From an uncultured Alphaproteobacteria bacterium (GTDB lineage Bacteria > Pseudomonadota > Alphaproteobacteria > HIMB59 > GCA-002718135), in contig CACNLM010000003.1 of assembly GCA_902621305.1 (NCBI GenBank), forward strand, positions 46,539-110,538: a stretch of 64,000 nucleotides of DNA, in the 5' to 3' direction. Both the position numbers and the translations under genes were made by a program. The stretch's first letter is position 1. Each line of letters begins with the position of its first letter. Under the pieces are notes generated by a model. It ran no database searches, had not been told where the DNA came from, and saw only the letters and a program-made list of their open reading frames with translations. Positions 45,330 through 54,880 of the stretch are shown here, piece by piece.

Positions 45330-46508
45330 ATGACAGAAAATAAACAATTATTAAAATCATTTTATGCAACCTACTCAGTAGGTTTCTTCACTTTTTTTTT
45401 AATAAGTTCTTTTATGATTTATACTCCAATTCTACTTGATCTCTTAAAAATATCTAAAGAAGAATTTGGATTTGCTGTTACTTTTTTTGGGGTATTTGTA
45501 ATCTTGTCTAATTTACTCTCCTCTAGATTTTTAATACCAAAAATTGGAACAACTAATTGTTTAAAAATTTCTAGAATAATTATTTCTTTTGTTCCATTAT
45601 CAGTTTTTTATTTCGAAACTTATTATTTTTTAATATTAAGTTATGCGATATTTGGAATTGGTATGGGAATTCAGGCTCCCTGTGCATTAACTCAGGTAAC
45701 AATAATTGAAAATAAAACCAAAAAGATATTAACACCAATATTTAAAACTTCTTGGGCTTTTGGATCAATAAGTGCAGCTGCCTTGTCTACTATTTCACTG
45801 GGATATAATTTTGACCCTTTTAATTACTTTTCAGTTTTAGGTATTATAGCATTATCCGCTTTAGTATTTTTACAATTTTACGGTCTTAATAGAAAATATG
45901 ACATTCCTAACAACGCACCTAAATTTTCCTTACCATCACCTAAAACTTTTTTATTTGGAATAATAAATATGTTTCAGACTGCTTCAATGGGCATAATTAT
46001 GGTGTGGTCTTCTGCCTGGATGTTAGAAGATTTAAATTCAAGTTTATTTCTTGCTGGTTCTATTGTATTCTTTTTCAACTTTGGAGCAATAATTAGTAAC
46101 ATAATTGCACCTTCTCTTATAAAAGTTTTAAATGAAATATTTGTTGGCCCACTTTTTTCCGTCTTAGGCTCTGTGATCTTATTTTTATCAACTTTAACGA
46201 TGAATGTTTATATAATATTTTTTGGTGTCGTTCTTTTTGGTTTTCTTAGCTCAAATTTTATGCCAATTATAATTAGAGAGTCAGTGAGGACATCACATAA
46301 ACCAATTCCAATAACAATTTCACATGTTACTAGCTTAGGACAATCAGGGTTTGTTTTTGGACCAGCAATAATTGGATACTCTGCCTCAGTAAACGGTCTT
46401 ACATTTAATGTTTATGCATTTTGTATTTTATTTTTTATAATTTCAATTCTAATGACATTTCTTATGAACCAAAATAAAGTAGCAGGAGTTGTAGAAAAAG
46501 GTCAATAA
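45330..46508 (+). CDS. MFS-type transporter (paralog 2)
   Basis: 392 aa. Tandem duplicate of 44162..45316. Confidence 0.7.
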   Translation: MTENKQLLKSFYATYSVGFFTFFLISSFMIYTPILLDLLKISKEEFGFAVTFFGVFVILSNLLSSRFLIPKIGTTNCLKISRIIISFVPLSVFYFETYYFLILSYAIFGIGMGIQAPCALTQVTIIENKTKKILTPIFKTSWAFGSISAAALSTISLGYNFDPFNYFSVLGIIALSALVFLQFYGLNRKYDIPNNAPKFSLPSPKTFLFGIINMFQTASMGIIMVWSSAWMLEDLNSSLFLAGSIVFFFNFGAIISNIIAPSLIKVLNEIFVGPLFSVLGSVILFLSTLTMNVYIIFFGVVLFGFLSSNFMPIIIRESVRTSHKPIPITISHVTSLGQSGFVFGPAIIGYSASVNGLTFNVYAFCILFFIISILMTFLMNQNKVAGVVEKGQ

Positions 46509-46531
46509 CGTAGACTAATACAAAATAAATT

Positions 46532-47140
46532 TTAAGTTTTTACAAATGCATTAAAAGAAAAACATCTTCGTTCGCCATCTTTACGAAAAGGATGAACATC
46601 ATGCATTAAAAAAGCAGGAAATATATAAATATCACCGACACGAGGTTTGAAGGTAATCCTATGCTTTACCAAAGGAGGGCTATTACGTGGCATGGAGACA
46701 CGACCATCAAAAAAAGAGAGTCTTCCAGCAAAAGCAATCTCTTTGTTATATTTAATAGAATTTGGAACCTCAAGATAACAGACTCCACTTACATTCCCTC
46801 TATGAATATGTGGGGGGTTAAAATCACCAGCAAATTGTCTAACAATCCACGCGCGATCAATTTTTATGGAAGAGGGTTTAACTTGAATAACTTTTTTGTA
46901 ATAAGATTCAATAATACGGTTAAGTTGTTTTTCTAAACCGCTAGTAAAAAGAAAATCTTTTGTTAAGCGAAATTGTTGCTGAACATTTCCCACTAATCTA
47001 TGTGAGTGATCCAATACTTTACTTTTGTGTTTATTTTCAATTATTTTGTTTGCAAATGAATTAACTTTACCAATCATTGTATGTGATAAATTATATTTAC
47101 CTATTGTAGGTCCAAAAGGCTTATAGTAAGTTTCTTTCAT
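46532..47140 (-). CDS. Putative 2OG-Fe(II) oxygenase-superfamily protein
   Basis: 202 aa. FNPPHIHRGNVSGVCYLEVP ... GDIYIFPAFLMHDVHPF ... RCFSFNAF resembles the conserved hypothetical 2OG-Fe(II)-oxygenase-like family. Confidence 0.55.
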   Translation of the reverse strand: MKETYYKPFGPTIGKYNLSHTMIGKVNSFANKIIENKHKSKVLDHSHRLVGNVQQQFRLTKDFLFTSGLEKQLNRIIESYYKKVIQVKPSSIKIDRAWIVRQFAGDFNPPHIHRGNVSGVCYLEVPNSIKYNKEIAFAGRLSFFDGRVSMPRNSPPLVKHRITFKPRVGDIYIFPAFLMHDVHPFRKDGERRCFSFNAFVKT

Positions 47141-47315
47141 AGAATATGTTTTTTATTAACGATATTTTAATTGCTAAATATGCTTTTTATCTTCAATGAT
47201 TAATATAATAAGACTTTTTTTAAAGTCCAAGAAATTCTATTTTACAGGAAACATATAGTAATATAAATTTTATTAAAAATTATTATTAATATTTATTTAA
47301 TATTAATTCTATAAA

Positions 47316-47870
47316 ATGCTTTATTATAAAATTATGATTAAATATTTTTTATCAACACTTTTATTATTATCTTTTACTTGTCAGGCTATAGAAATAACGT
47401 CTCCAGCATTTAATGATGGAGAGAGTATACCAAAAAAGTATGCATGTGAAAAAAGAGGTGGTGAGAATATATCTATTCCAATAAATATCTCTAATGTCCC
47501 TGAAAATGCTAAATCAATTGTATTAATAATGGATGATCCAGATGCAATGAGCCTGGCAGGTAAAATTTGGGTGCATTGGATATTATTTGACATCCCAACT
47601 AACGTAAACGAATTGCCAGCAATGAAAGATGGAAAAATTGGTATTGGCAAGAGTGGCCAAAACAGCAATTACAAAGAAAATTATGATGGACCATGTCCTC
47701 CACACGGAATGCACATATATAATATTAAAGCTTATGCTCTAGATATAGAGATAAAAGAAAGCTTTGGAGCATTACCACAAATTGAATTTGAAAAAAAATA
47801 TAACGATTCAATACTCAGTTCTTCAGTCATATCTGGAAAATATGCCATATTACATATTTTAAAAAAATAG
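47316..47870 (+). CDS. YbhB/YbcL-family PEBP (Raf-kinase-inhibitor-like) protein, exported
   Basis: 184 aa. LIMDDPDA, VHWILFDIP, YDGPCPPHGMHIYNIKAYALD. The start may be Met at 47334. Confidence 0.75.
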   Translation: MLYYKIMIKYFLSTLLLLSFTCQAIEITSPAFNDGESIPKKYACEKRGGENISIPINISNVPENAKSIVLIMDDPDAMSLAGKIWVHWILFDIPTNVNELPAMKDGKIGIGKSGQNSNYKENYDGPCPPHGMHIYNIKAYALDIEIKESFGALPQIEFEKKYNDSILSSSVISGKYAILHILKK

Positions 47871-47917
47871 ATTCACACAAATTGTATATTTCGAATAAGT
47901 ACAAACAAATATTTTAA

Positions 47918-50455
47918 TTAATTATTTCGAATTATTGGATAAACCTTAGGGTTTAAATTATTATATGTATCTAAAATTATTAATGCAATTGTAAATATAC
48001 CAGTAGATAAATAAACTAAAATAATTGAAGATATATCAAGATGCCAATCAATATTAAAAATAAAGTTAACAACTAAGTAGGAAGTTACTCCGCTTATGAG
48101 TAATGTGAGAACTATCGTATTGAGAAATAAAATAGCAAATTCTAGTAAGCTAGTCTTGATAATTTCTATTTTCTTTACTCCTAAAATTTTAAATACTAAA
48201 TTTTGATAAATTTTATTTTTTCCTTGGACCAAAATGGCACTACTAATGACTAATAAACCAATAAAAATAATTATAACAGCAAGAGCGATGACAGCGATGT
48301 TAATTTGATTTAATAATTTATTTATTGTTTCAGCATAATTAGAAATTTTGATAGAAGATATGTTTGGAAATTTCTCTAATAGTTCGTATTCTTGAAAGTT
48401 GTCTTTATCAGATAGTTTAATCGTTGCAATATATTGATGCGGAATAGTCTCGCCATAGTTTGTATTCAACACCATTACAAAATTTATAGTAAAATCTGCA
48501 TAATCAACATCACGAAAATTTTTAACGACACCGATAATATCACGTCCGTATAGACTTAAGGTGATGCTATCGTTTATTTTAATACCTAAGTCTTGTGCAG
48601 CGTCATAATCAAAAGAAATATACATTTGATCAGTAGGGTTATCTGACCACCATTCACCCTCTACAATAGGATTGTTTTCTGGAGGTTCTTTCAACCAGGA
48701 AAATTGACGCTCGGATCTTATAACCCAATAAGAGGGATTACCTTGATCAATATATGTTGCAGGATCAATACCATTTACCTCTTTTATTCTCGCTGAAGCT
48801 GTAGGAGCAAAAACAAGTTCACTCTTTGGATATTCATTAAGAATATACTCTTGAAAGTCACTTTTAATAGAATGATCAATACTAATAAAAAAGAAGTCTG
48901 GAGCTTTTGTGTCTACACTTCTTTGAATAATGTTTTGAAAAGAGCCTGCTATAATAAGAATTGTCAGTAAAAGCGAAATACCAATTCCTAGTGTTGTTAA
49001 AATCAACGGACCAATAGAACTAGGACTGATAAGATTACGCTTTGCTAAAAGTAAATTGAAGTTTGTAATATTCGTTACTTTTCTAAAGAACAGATTAAAT
49101 AGTTTGAAGAGACCATAAAAAAGTAAAATAGTAATTAAAAAACCAATTAAAAATATAAAATTATATAGCCACAAACTACTACCTAGGGTGAAGATCGTAA
49201 TCATTAGAAAAAAAAGAGTTAGTAACACTATAATTGTTTTAAAAGAAAATCGTAAACTCACAAATTCATATGTATTGCGAAAAAGATTGTTAGCAGAGAG
49301 TTGCTGAATAGAGTTTAATGCTGGAATTAAAAAAATGGTAATCGCAATTAAAGCAATAAAGGTAATTTTTAAAAAAATAACAACATCACTACTATTCTGA
49401 AGAGAAAAATTTAATTCTTGAGGGAGGAGGGAGTTGATAATTCCAGGACTAAAACTACTGAGTATAAAAGCAATGATACAAATAAAAGAAGAGATGATAA
49501 ATATCTGATATGCAAGTATACATTGAATAATACGCGTGCTAAGTCCAAGTGATTTTTGAACAGCTATAGCATTATAGTTTTGATTGATATAGGCAATCAC
49601 CATATTTGAAATACCAATACCTGCAATAAGAATGGCTGCTAAAGATATTAAACTTAAAAAATTAGCAAAATTATCAAGAATACGTTGAATAAAACTTGTG
49701 GTGTTTTCTGGAAAGCGGATATTAATATTTGATGACTTTGGAAAAAGTTTTTTAAGTTTTTCTTTTCCTTGCTCTTCACTAACAGCATCAAAATATTTGA
49801 CCCGGTACTCGTATTCAAAAAAGTTCTCTGAGGAAGCAACTTCTAAAGAGTTTAATCCTACATGAGAAATAATAACAAGATCACCAAATAAACCACTTGC
49901 TCCTAAATCAGGCATTTTCTCTATGATGGAGTGAACAACATAACGTTGATCACGGATAATTAAATCATCCCCTTCTTGTAATTGTAAATTAACAGCTAAG
50001 TTTTCATTGATGATCACAAATTCACTGCTTTTAAAAAAATCAGATCCCACAGTTCCTCTAGTGGTTATGAACTCGCCGTATAAAGGATATAAATCATCAA
50101 TAGCGCGAAGCTGCACAAAGGATGTTTTAGGTGGATTTAATTTTTTATTCGCAACCATGGACGCGATTGTTGTATTTAAAGATAGTTTTGCAAAGGTGTT
50201 TATTTCCTTAATGATATCAGTACCCAGTTTTGTATTTTGTAACTCTATTTCTGCATCACCGCCTAAGATCGTTTTGGTATTTGATTTGATTTCTTTTAGT
50301 AACGATTGATTTAAAGTGTTAATTAGAAATAAAATAAAAACACTAATAAAAATTGTAATAAAAATTGTTATTTTTTTTTGTAAGCTCCTTGTTAAATCAT
50401 TAAGAGCTTGTTTATGGATAAACAGCAGTTGATTAAATAACTGTACCATTTTCAA
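47918..50455 (-). CDS. FtsX-family ABC transporter permease (YbbP-like, duplicated 4-TM modules)
   Basis: 845 aa with two FtsX-like TM bundles separated by large soluble domains. It overlaps the upstream ATPase gene by 23 nt. Confidence 0.8.
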   Translation of the reverse strand: MKMVQLFNQLLFIHKQALNDLTRSLQKKITIFITIFISVFILFLINTLNQSLLKEIKSNTKTILGGDAEIELQNTKLGTDIIKEINTFAKLSLNTTIASMVANKKLNPPKTSFVQLRAIDDLYPLYGEFITTRGTVGSDFFKSSEFVIINENLAVNLQLQEGDDLIIRDQRYVVHSIIEKMPDLGASGLFGDLVIISHVGLNSLEVASSENFFEYEYRVKYFDAVSEEQGKEKLKKLFPKSSNINIRFPENTTSFIQRILDNFANFLSLISLAAILIAGIGISNMVIAYINQNYNAIAVQKSLGLSTRIIQCILAYQIFIISSFICIIAFILSSFSPGIINSLLPQELNFSLQNSSDVVIFLKITFIALIAITIFLIPALNSIQQLSANNLFRNTYEFVSLRFSFKTIIVLLTLFFLMITIFTLGSSLWLYNFIFLIGFLITILLFYGLFKLFNLFFRKVTNITNFNLLLAKRNLISPSSIGPLILTTLGIGISLLLTILIIAGSFQNIIQRSVDTKAPDFFFISIDHSIKSDFQEYILNEYPKSELVFAPTASARIKEVNGIDPATYIDQGNPSYWVIRSERQFSWLKEPPENNPIVEGEWWSDNPTDQMYISFDYDAAQDLGIKINDSITLSLYGRDIIGVVKNFRDVDYADFTINFVMVLNTNYGETIPHQYIATIKLSDKDNFQEYELLEKFPNISSIKISNYAETINKLLNQINIAVIALAVIIIFIGLLVISSAILVQGKNKIYQNLVFKILGVKKIEIIKTSLLEFAILFLNTIVLTLLISGVTSYLVVNFIFNIDWHLDISSIILVYLSTGIFTIALIILDTYNNLNPKVYPIIRNN

Positions 50456-51098
50456 TTGTCATTATGCGATCACAGCGTTTCGCTAAATCAGCATCATGCG
50501 TGACTAAACAAAGACTTTTTTGATATTTTGTTACGATATTAAATATTAATTCAGTAATTACTTCTGTATTTTCATCATCTAGGTTACCTGTTGGCTCATC
50601 AGCAAGGATTAATTCAGGTTTTTTAATAATAGCTCTTGCAATGGCGACGCGTTGTTGTTCACCGCCAGATAATTGACTTGGAAAGTGTTGGAGACGATCT
50701 TCTAATCCTAAATCAACTAAAATTTCTTTTGCTTGGCTTAACGCGTCTTTTTGAAAATTAATTTCTAATGAGAGTGCCACGTTCTCTAAAGCTGTATAAT
50801 TGGGAATCAAATAAAACGATTGAAATACAATACCAATATTCTTTTTTCTATATTCGGTTAATTGATCTTCGCTATAAGTCGTTATGTCCTGATCTTGGTA
50901 TGTAATGTTCCCTGATGTAGGCTTTTCTAAACCTGCCATCAACATCAGCAAGGATGTTTTACCAGATCCGCTCTTTCCAACAATTGCAAGTTTTTCATTT
51001 TGATGGATTGTAAAATCTATTCCCTTGATTACTTGAGTTAAGAGTGTTCCATTTTGATATTGTAAGTGTATATTGGAGAAGCGAAGTAGGGAATTCAT
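50433..51098 (-). CDS. ABC transporter ATP-binding protein (YbbA/LolD-like)
   Basis: 221 aa. [34 protein letters not shown]. Confidence 0.9.
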   Translation of the reverse strand: MNSLLRFSNIHLQYQNGTLLTQVIKGIDFTIHQNEKLAIVGKSGSGKTSLLMLMAGLEKPTSGNITYQDQDITTYSEDQLTEYRKKNIGIVFQSFYLIPNYTALENVALSLEINFQKDALSQAKEILVDLGLEDRLQHFPSQLSGGEQQRVAIARAIIKKPELILADEPTGNLDDENTEVITELIFNIVTKYQKSLCLVTHDADLAKRCDRIMTIENGTVI

Positions 51099-51702
51099 GA
51101 AAAAAATCGTCTATATTTTAATTTTTCTAATAAGTCCATTATCATTGCAAGCACAAGACTATAAGATTATTCTTTTTGGTGATTCCTTGATGGCTGGTTA
51201 CGGTTTAGACAATGCGGATCATCTCAACCTATATTTAGAAAAAGATTTGCAATCGCTAAACATACAAAGCAGTATTACAAATGCTTCTGTATCAGGTGAA
51301 ACGACAAGCGGCGGGTTAAATAGATTAAATTGGAGTCTGCAAGATGACTATGATTTGTTCGTACTCGGATTAGGTGCAAATGATATGCTTAGAGGTATTG
51401 CGCCAGAGATAACAAAAACTAATTTATCAAAAATTATTGATACAGTTTTAGATAAAGATATAAAACTCTTGCTAACTGGTATGCAGGCACCAAACTCATA
51501 TGGTTCTGATTATCAACAATCATTTAATGATATTTATCCAAATTTAGCAGAAGAATTTAAAATATCTTTCTATCCATTTCTTTTAGAAGGTGTGGCACTA
51601 ATACCAGAATTTAATCAATCTGATGGAAAACATCCAAATAGAGAAGGTATACAAATAATTAGTAAGAATTTAGCAAATACAATAAAAAGTATAATAAATT
51701 AA
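51097..51702 (+). CDS. SGNH/GDSL arylesterase-lysophospholipase (TesA-like), exported
   Basis: The ATG at 51097 gives signal peptide [19 protein letters not shown] (the ORF track starts at an upstream TTG, 51073). Blocks FGDSLMAGYG, GANDMLRG, DGKHPN. It is divergent from a ybbA/ybbP-like pair, as in E. coli tesA-ybbA-ybbP. Confidence 0.8.
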   Translation: MKKIVYILIFLISPLSLQAQDYKIILFGDSLMAGYGLDNADHLNLYLEKDLQSLNIQSSITNASVSGETTSGGLNRLNWSLQDDYDLFVLGLGANDMLRGIAPEITKTNLSKIIDTVLDKDIKLLLTGMQAPNSYGSDYQQSFNDIYPNLAEEFKISFYPFLLEGVALIPEFNQSDGKHPNREGIQIISKNLANTIKSIIN

Positions 51703-51776
51703 TATCATTTTTCACTCATTACAAATCTTGTAGCGTGAGTTCTTAATTTAGTCGATAAAAACCCTTCTCAAAAAAT

Positions 51777-52193
51777 CTATAAATATATTTTGTTTGATAA
51801 ACCGTAAATTAAGATTACTGAAATAATAAAAGCAGCAAAAGAAAATGTTAGATCTATGATACTATTTTTTGCGCCTATGTCTTTATCAATAAATTTAAAA
51901 TAAAACATAAGATCATAAATTAGCTGAGCGGTTGCGACTAAAAAAAATAAATTATAAAAAACCCAAGTACCTTCTGGCCCATTGGGTCTAAAAAGAATAT
52001 AAATACCCATAAAAACAAAGCCAAAAATAAAAGTTCCTACATAGCGCATTGGCAATATTCCACTTTGATCTACGTTATATTCTTTTACTATTCCTTGAGG
52101 AAAGAAGAAAATTCTAATTAAAAAAATACTTAGAAGACCTATTATGGCTAGATGTAAAACTAAAAAGAGTAGATTATTAAAATTTTCAATCAT
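51777..52193 (-). CDS. Integral membrane protein (4 TM), unknown function
   Basis: 138 aa, hydrophobic, no motif. Confidence 0.5.
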   Translation of the reverse strand: MIENFNNLLFLVLHLAIIGLLSIFLIRIFFFPQGIVKEYNVDQSGILPMRYVGTFIFGFVFMGIYILFRPNGPEGTWVFYNLFFLVATAQLIYDLMFYFKFIDKDIGAKNSIIDLTFSFAAFIISVILIYGLSNKIYL

Positions 52194-52286
52194 ATTTTTC
52201 TTTTATCAGACATTACTTAAATATCATATTCAAAATATATCAAATATAAATCAAAATTAATGAAAATTAGATAAAACCAATATCAT

Positions 52287-53036
52287 CTAAGGAGACATAT
52301 AAGATACTTCATTTAGATAATTCTCTTCAGGTATCTTAGTTTTTTTCTCATTCTTTCTTAGTTCAATAAGACAGTGATCAATAAGATCAATTTTAGCATT
52401 TAAAAATTTAATATTTTGCGGAATAGGGATGTGAATAGGGTATCCTTTGATAAACTCTACGTGTAGGTCGTATCCACCCATATAAAATTCTTTTAGGATT
52501 TTACCTTTATTTAAGAGATAATTATTGGATGATTCATGAATAATCGCACTTGCTTTGGAATTATTTCGTTCAAGAGACTCAAATAAAGTATTATTTTTTA
52601 TAATTTCCATTGTGTAGGGATAGAGTTCTAATTTTTTCATATCACTAAAGGATAATTCTTTATCAAAAGGCGTTAATTGCAATGTTTCTAACCGTACATA
52701 ATTGATAATTGCTGGTGCATCATCAAAAAGAGCAGCGTAAAGGCTTACAACTATCCTTGTTCCTGTAAAATCAACTGTCGTAAGTTCATAGCCACATAAA
52801 CTGACATCGTCCTGTTCATCAAATACAACCAAAGGATCAAAATAAAATGTTCTTTTCGGATATTCTTGTGCTTCAGTAATAATGAGTTTGTCATTTCCTT
52901 GATCAAGAGGTAGTTCTTTCTTAATAAATTCTTTCGAACTTAATAATTGATCACCTTTAGCAGCACCAGCTAGAAGGAGAACAATAATAAGGAGGGAGAA
53001 TAGAAAAATTATAACTCTTTTGATAACTGGTGCCAC
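52287..53036 (-). CDS. Hypothetical exported/anchored protein
   Basis: 249 aa with N-terminal hydrophobic anchor VIIFLFSLLIIVLLLAGAA. No motif recognised. Confidence 0.5.
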   Translation of the reverse strand: MAPVIKRVIIFLFSLLIIVLLLAGAAKGDQLLSSKEFIKKELPLDQGNDKLIITEAQEYPKRTFYFDPLVVFDEQDDVSLCGYELTTVDFTGTRIVVSLYAALFDDAPAIINYVRLETLQLTPFDKELSFSDMKKLELYPYTMEIIKNNTLFESLERNNSKASAIIHESSNNYLLNKGKILKEFYMGGYDLHVEFIKGYPIHIPIPQNIKFLNAKIDLIDHCLIELRKNEKKTKIPEENYLNEVSYMSP

Positions 53037-53131
53037 TAAAACTTCTATAAAAATAAATTTTGATAAAAATGAGAAATGATTAAGGTAATATTAAGAACAA
53101 ATCTTAATCTAAACATATTTAGAACCCGAAT

Positions 53132-53977
53132 TTGCCTAAATTAATAAATAGAAATATTTCTGTGGCACTGAGTCAAAAAAATATTCATTATAAAATTATA
53201 AAATTAATCATTTTAAAACTCCTCTTAAGTGCCACACCTTTATTAGCTCATTACGAGTTGCCAAGAGAGATTGACTTAATGATGATTGAACATGATTTAA
53301 ATAAATGTTCAAAAGGTAAAATTGATAGTTATTTTTTTCATAAAGAAAAAGATCCAGATTATTGGCTAGGAATCTATACTAGTTCTAATCTTGATTTAGA
53401 ATGTCTAAGGGAACAATTTCAGAATAAGATTACTAATTACCCAATTAATTTTCTAAACAACCCTAGGATTAAAGTTTCACATGATTTGAGCTATTATAAA
53501 TCTTACATTACAAACTTTAATAGAGTAGTTTGTGGTGAAAGATGTTATCTTGATGAAGATTCAATTTTATTTGTAGATGATAATTATTGGTACATCTATG
53601 ATTTATATAATTCTTATGGACACAAAGCGAATTTTATAAAAACTTTAGATAATAAAATCCATATTCAATTATTAGAGTCAACTCATATTAAAAATATTGT
53701 ATTCGATATTAATACTAAAGATTTTTTATATCTTTATGATGGAATTTTAGAATTTCATGATGATTATTATATTGCCACACATTCAAAAAGTTATTTTTAT
53801 GGAGGAGGAGCCTTTTGGTATTCAGCTAAAAGAGATTATCAAAATAATATTTTAGAGTTAATTGATTTAAAAACCAACTTTTCAAATTGTGAAGATACAA
53901 AATTATATTCTTGGTCTGGTCAATTATATGATTTTATTTTGGAAACTAATAATTTACAAAATTGCAGGGAGCATTAA
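53132..53977 (+). CDS. Hypothetical Y/N/D-rich protein with signal-like N-terminus
   Basis: 281 aa. The TTG start is uncertain. No motif recognised. Confidence 0.45.
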   Translation: MPKLINRNISVALSQKNIHYKIIKLIILKLLLSATPLLAHYELPREIDLMMIEHDLNKCSKGKIDSYFFHKEKDPDYWLGIYTSSNLDLECLREQFQNKITNYPINFLNNPRIKVSHDLSYYKSYITNFNRVVCGERCYLDEDSILFVDDNYWYIYDLYNSYGHKANFIKTLDNKIHIQLLESTHIKNIVFDINTKDFLYLYDGILEFHDDYYIATHSKSYFYGGGAFWYSAKRDYQNNILELIDLKTNFSNCEDTKLYSWSGQLYDFILETNNLQNCREH

Positions 53978-54246
53978 TGGAATCTTTATCAAGGGTTATT
54001 TTATTTTTAACATCCTATTTTATTGTTTTAGCTTTATCTTTTAGTATCAATATAGAATTTGAATATTTACAAAGTGGATTATTTCTTTTTATTTCTATCA
54101 TTATAGCTTCTTGGCTCTATTATTTACATTTTAAGAAAAAAGAAGCTCCAGAATTTCAAAAAGAAGTTTTGTATGTTATGTTTTTTCTCTGTCTTGTGAC
54201 TTCTACATGGTCATTTAAATTAAATTATTTTCATTTGTATGATTAA
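53962..54246 (+). CDS. Small membrane protein (3 TM)
   Basis: 94 aa. Overlaps the upstream gene by 16 nt and the downstream gene by 8 nt. Confidence 0.4.
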   Translation: MQGALMESLSRVILFLTSYFIVLALSFSINIEFEYLQSGLFLFISIIIASWLYYLHFKKKEAPEFQKEVLYVMFFLCLVTSTWSFKLNYFHLYD

Positions 54247-54535
54247 TAATTTCTGGTTTTATTTCTTCATTACACCTGTTGTAGTCGCTATTATCGCTAT
54301 AAACTCTTTGTTTGTTCATAAAAGCCCAAGCACACCAATATTTGAAAATGCTTTAGAATATTGTCAAAGCGTGGATAATAATTTCGTTTATAGTGATCAA
54401 GGAACGGCACAAGATATTTGTATTGATGAATATATGAATGCACCTTGGGCATTAGAATTAATTATTAAAATTTTTTTATTATTTGGCTTTATATTTATTA
54501 TACCTCTTATTTTATATTTGAGGTCTAGAAATTAA
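54239..54535 (+). CDS. Small membrane protein (2 TM)
   Basis: 98 aa with terminal hydrophobic helices flanking a Cys-containing loop. Confidence 0.4.
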   Translation: MINNFWFYFFITPVVVAIIAINSLFVHKSPSTPIFENALEYCQSVDNNFVYSDQGTAQDICIDEYMNAPWALELIIKIFLLFGFIFIIPLILYLRSRN

Positions 54536-54867
54536 TTAAGCTCACCAAAACCTAATAATTTTGCACCAAGAACGTTAAATTCAAGAACTCCATTTTTGAC
54601 TGGGTACTTACCGGATTGTTCTGCTATTACTCCCTCATGATAAAGGTATTTGAAATGCTCATTTTCAGTTCTCACTATTAAGTGCCAACCTTCCTCAAAA
54701 TAAGCCTTTATTTCTTCTTTATAAGGGTCTTCTTTAAAAAGATCGTATAGATATTTTTTATCAATTTTTATTCTAATTGTACCATCGTCAGGAACAACCT
54801 TAAAAAATCTTATTTTATTATCTATTTCCATTAAAATTAATTGATTTTTAACATCTTTTAAGTTCAA
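54532..54867 (-). CDS. Hypothetical soluble protein
   Basis: 111 aa from a TTG start (alternative ATG at 54831). Only 13 nt separate it from the divergent zorA-like start. Confidence 0.45.
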   Translation of the reverse strand: MNLKDVKNQLILMEIDNKIRFFKVVPDDGTIRIKIDKKYLYDLFKEDPYKEEIKAYFEEGWHLIVRTENEHFKYLYHEGVIAEQSGKYPVKNGVLEFNVLGAKLLGFGELN

Positions 54868-54880
54868 TATTAATTTAATT

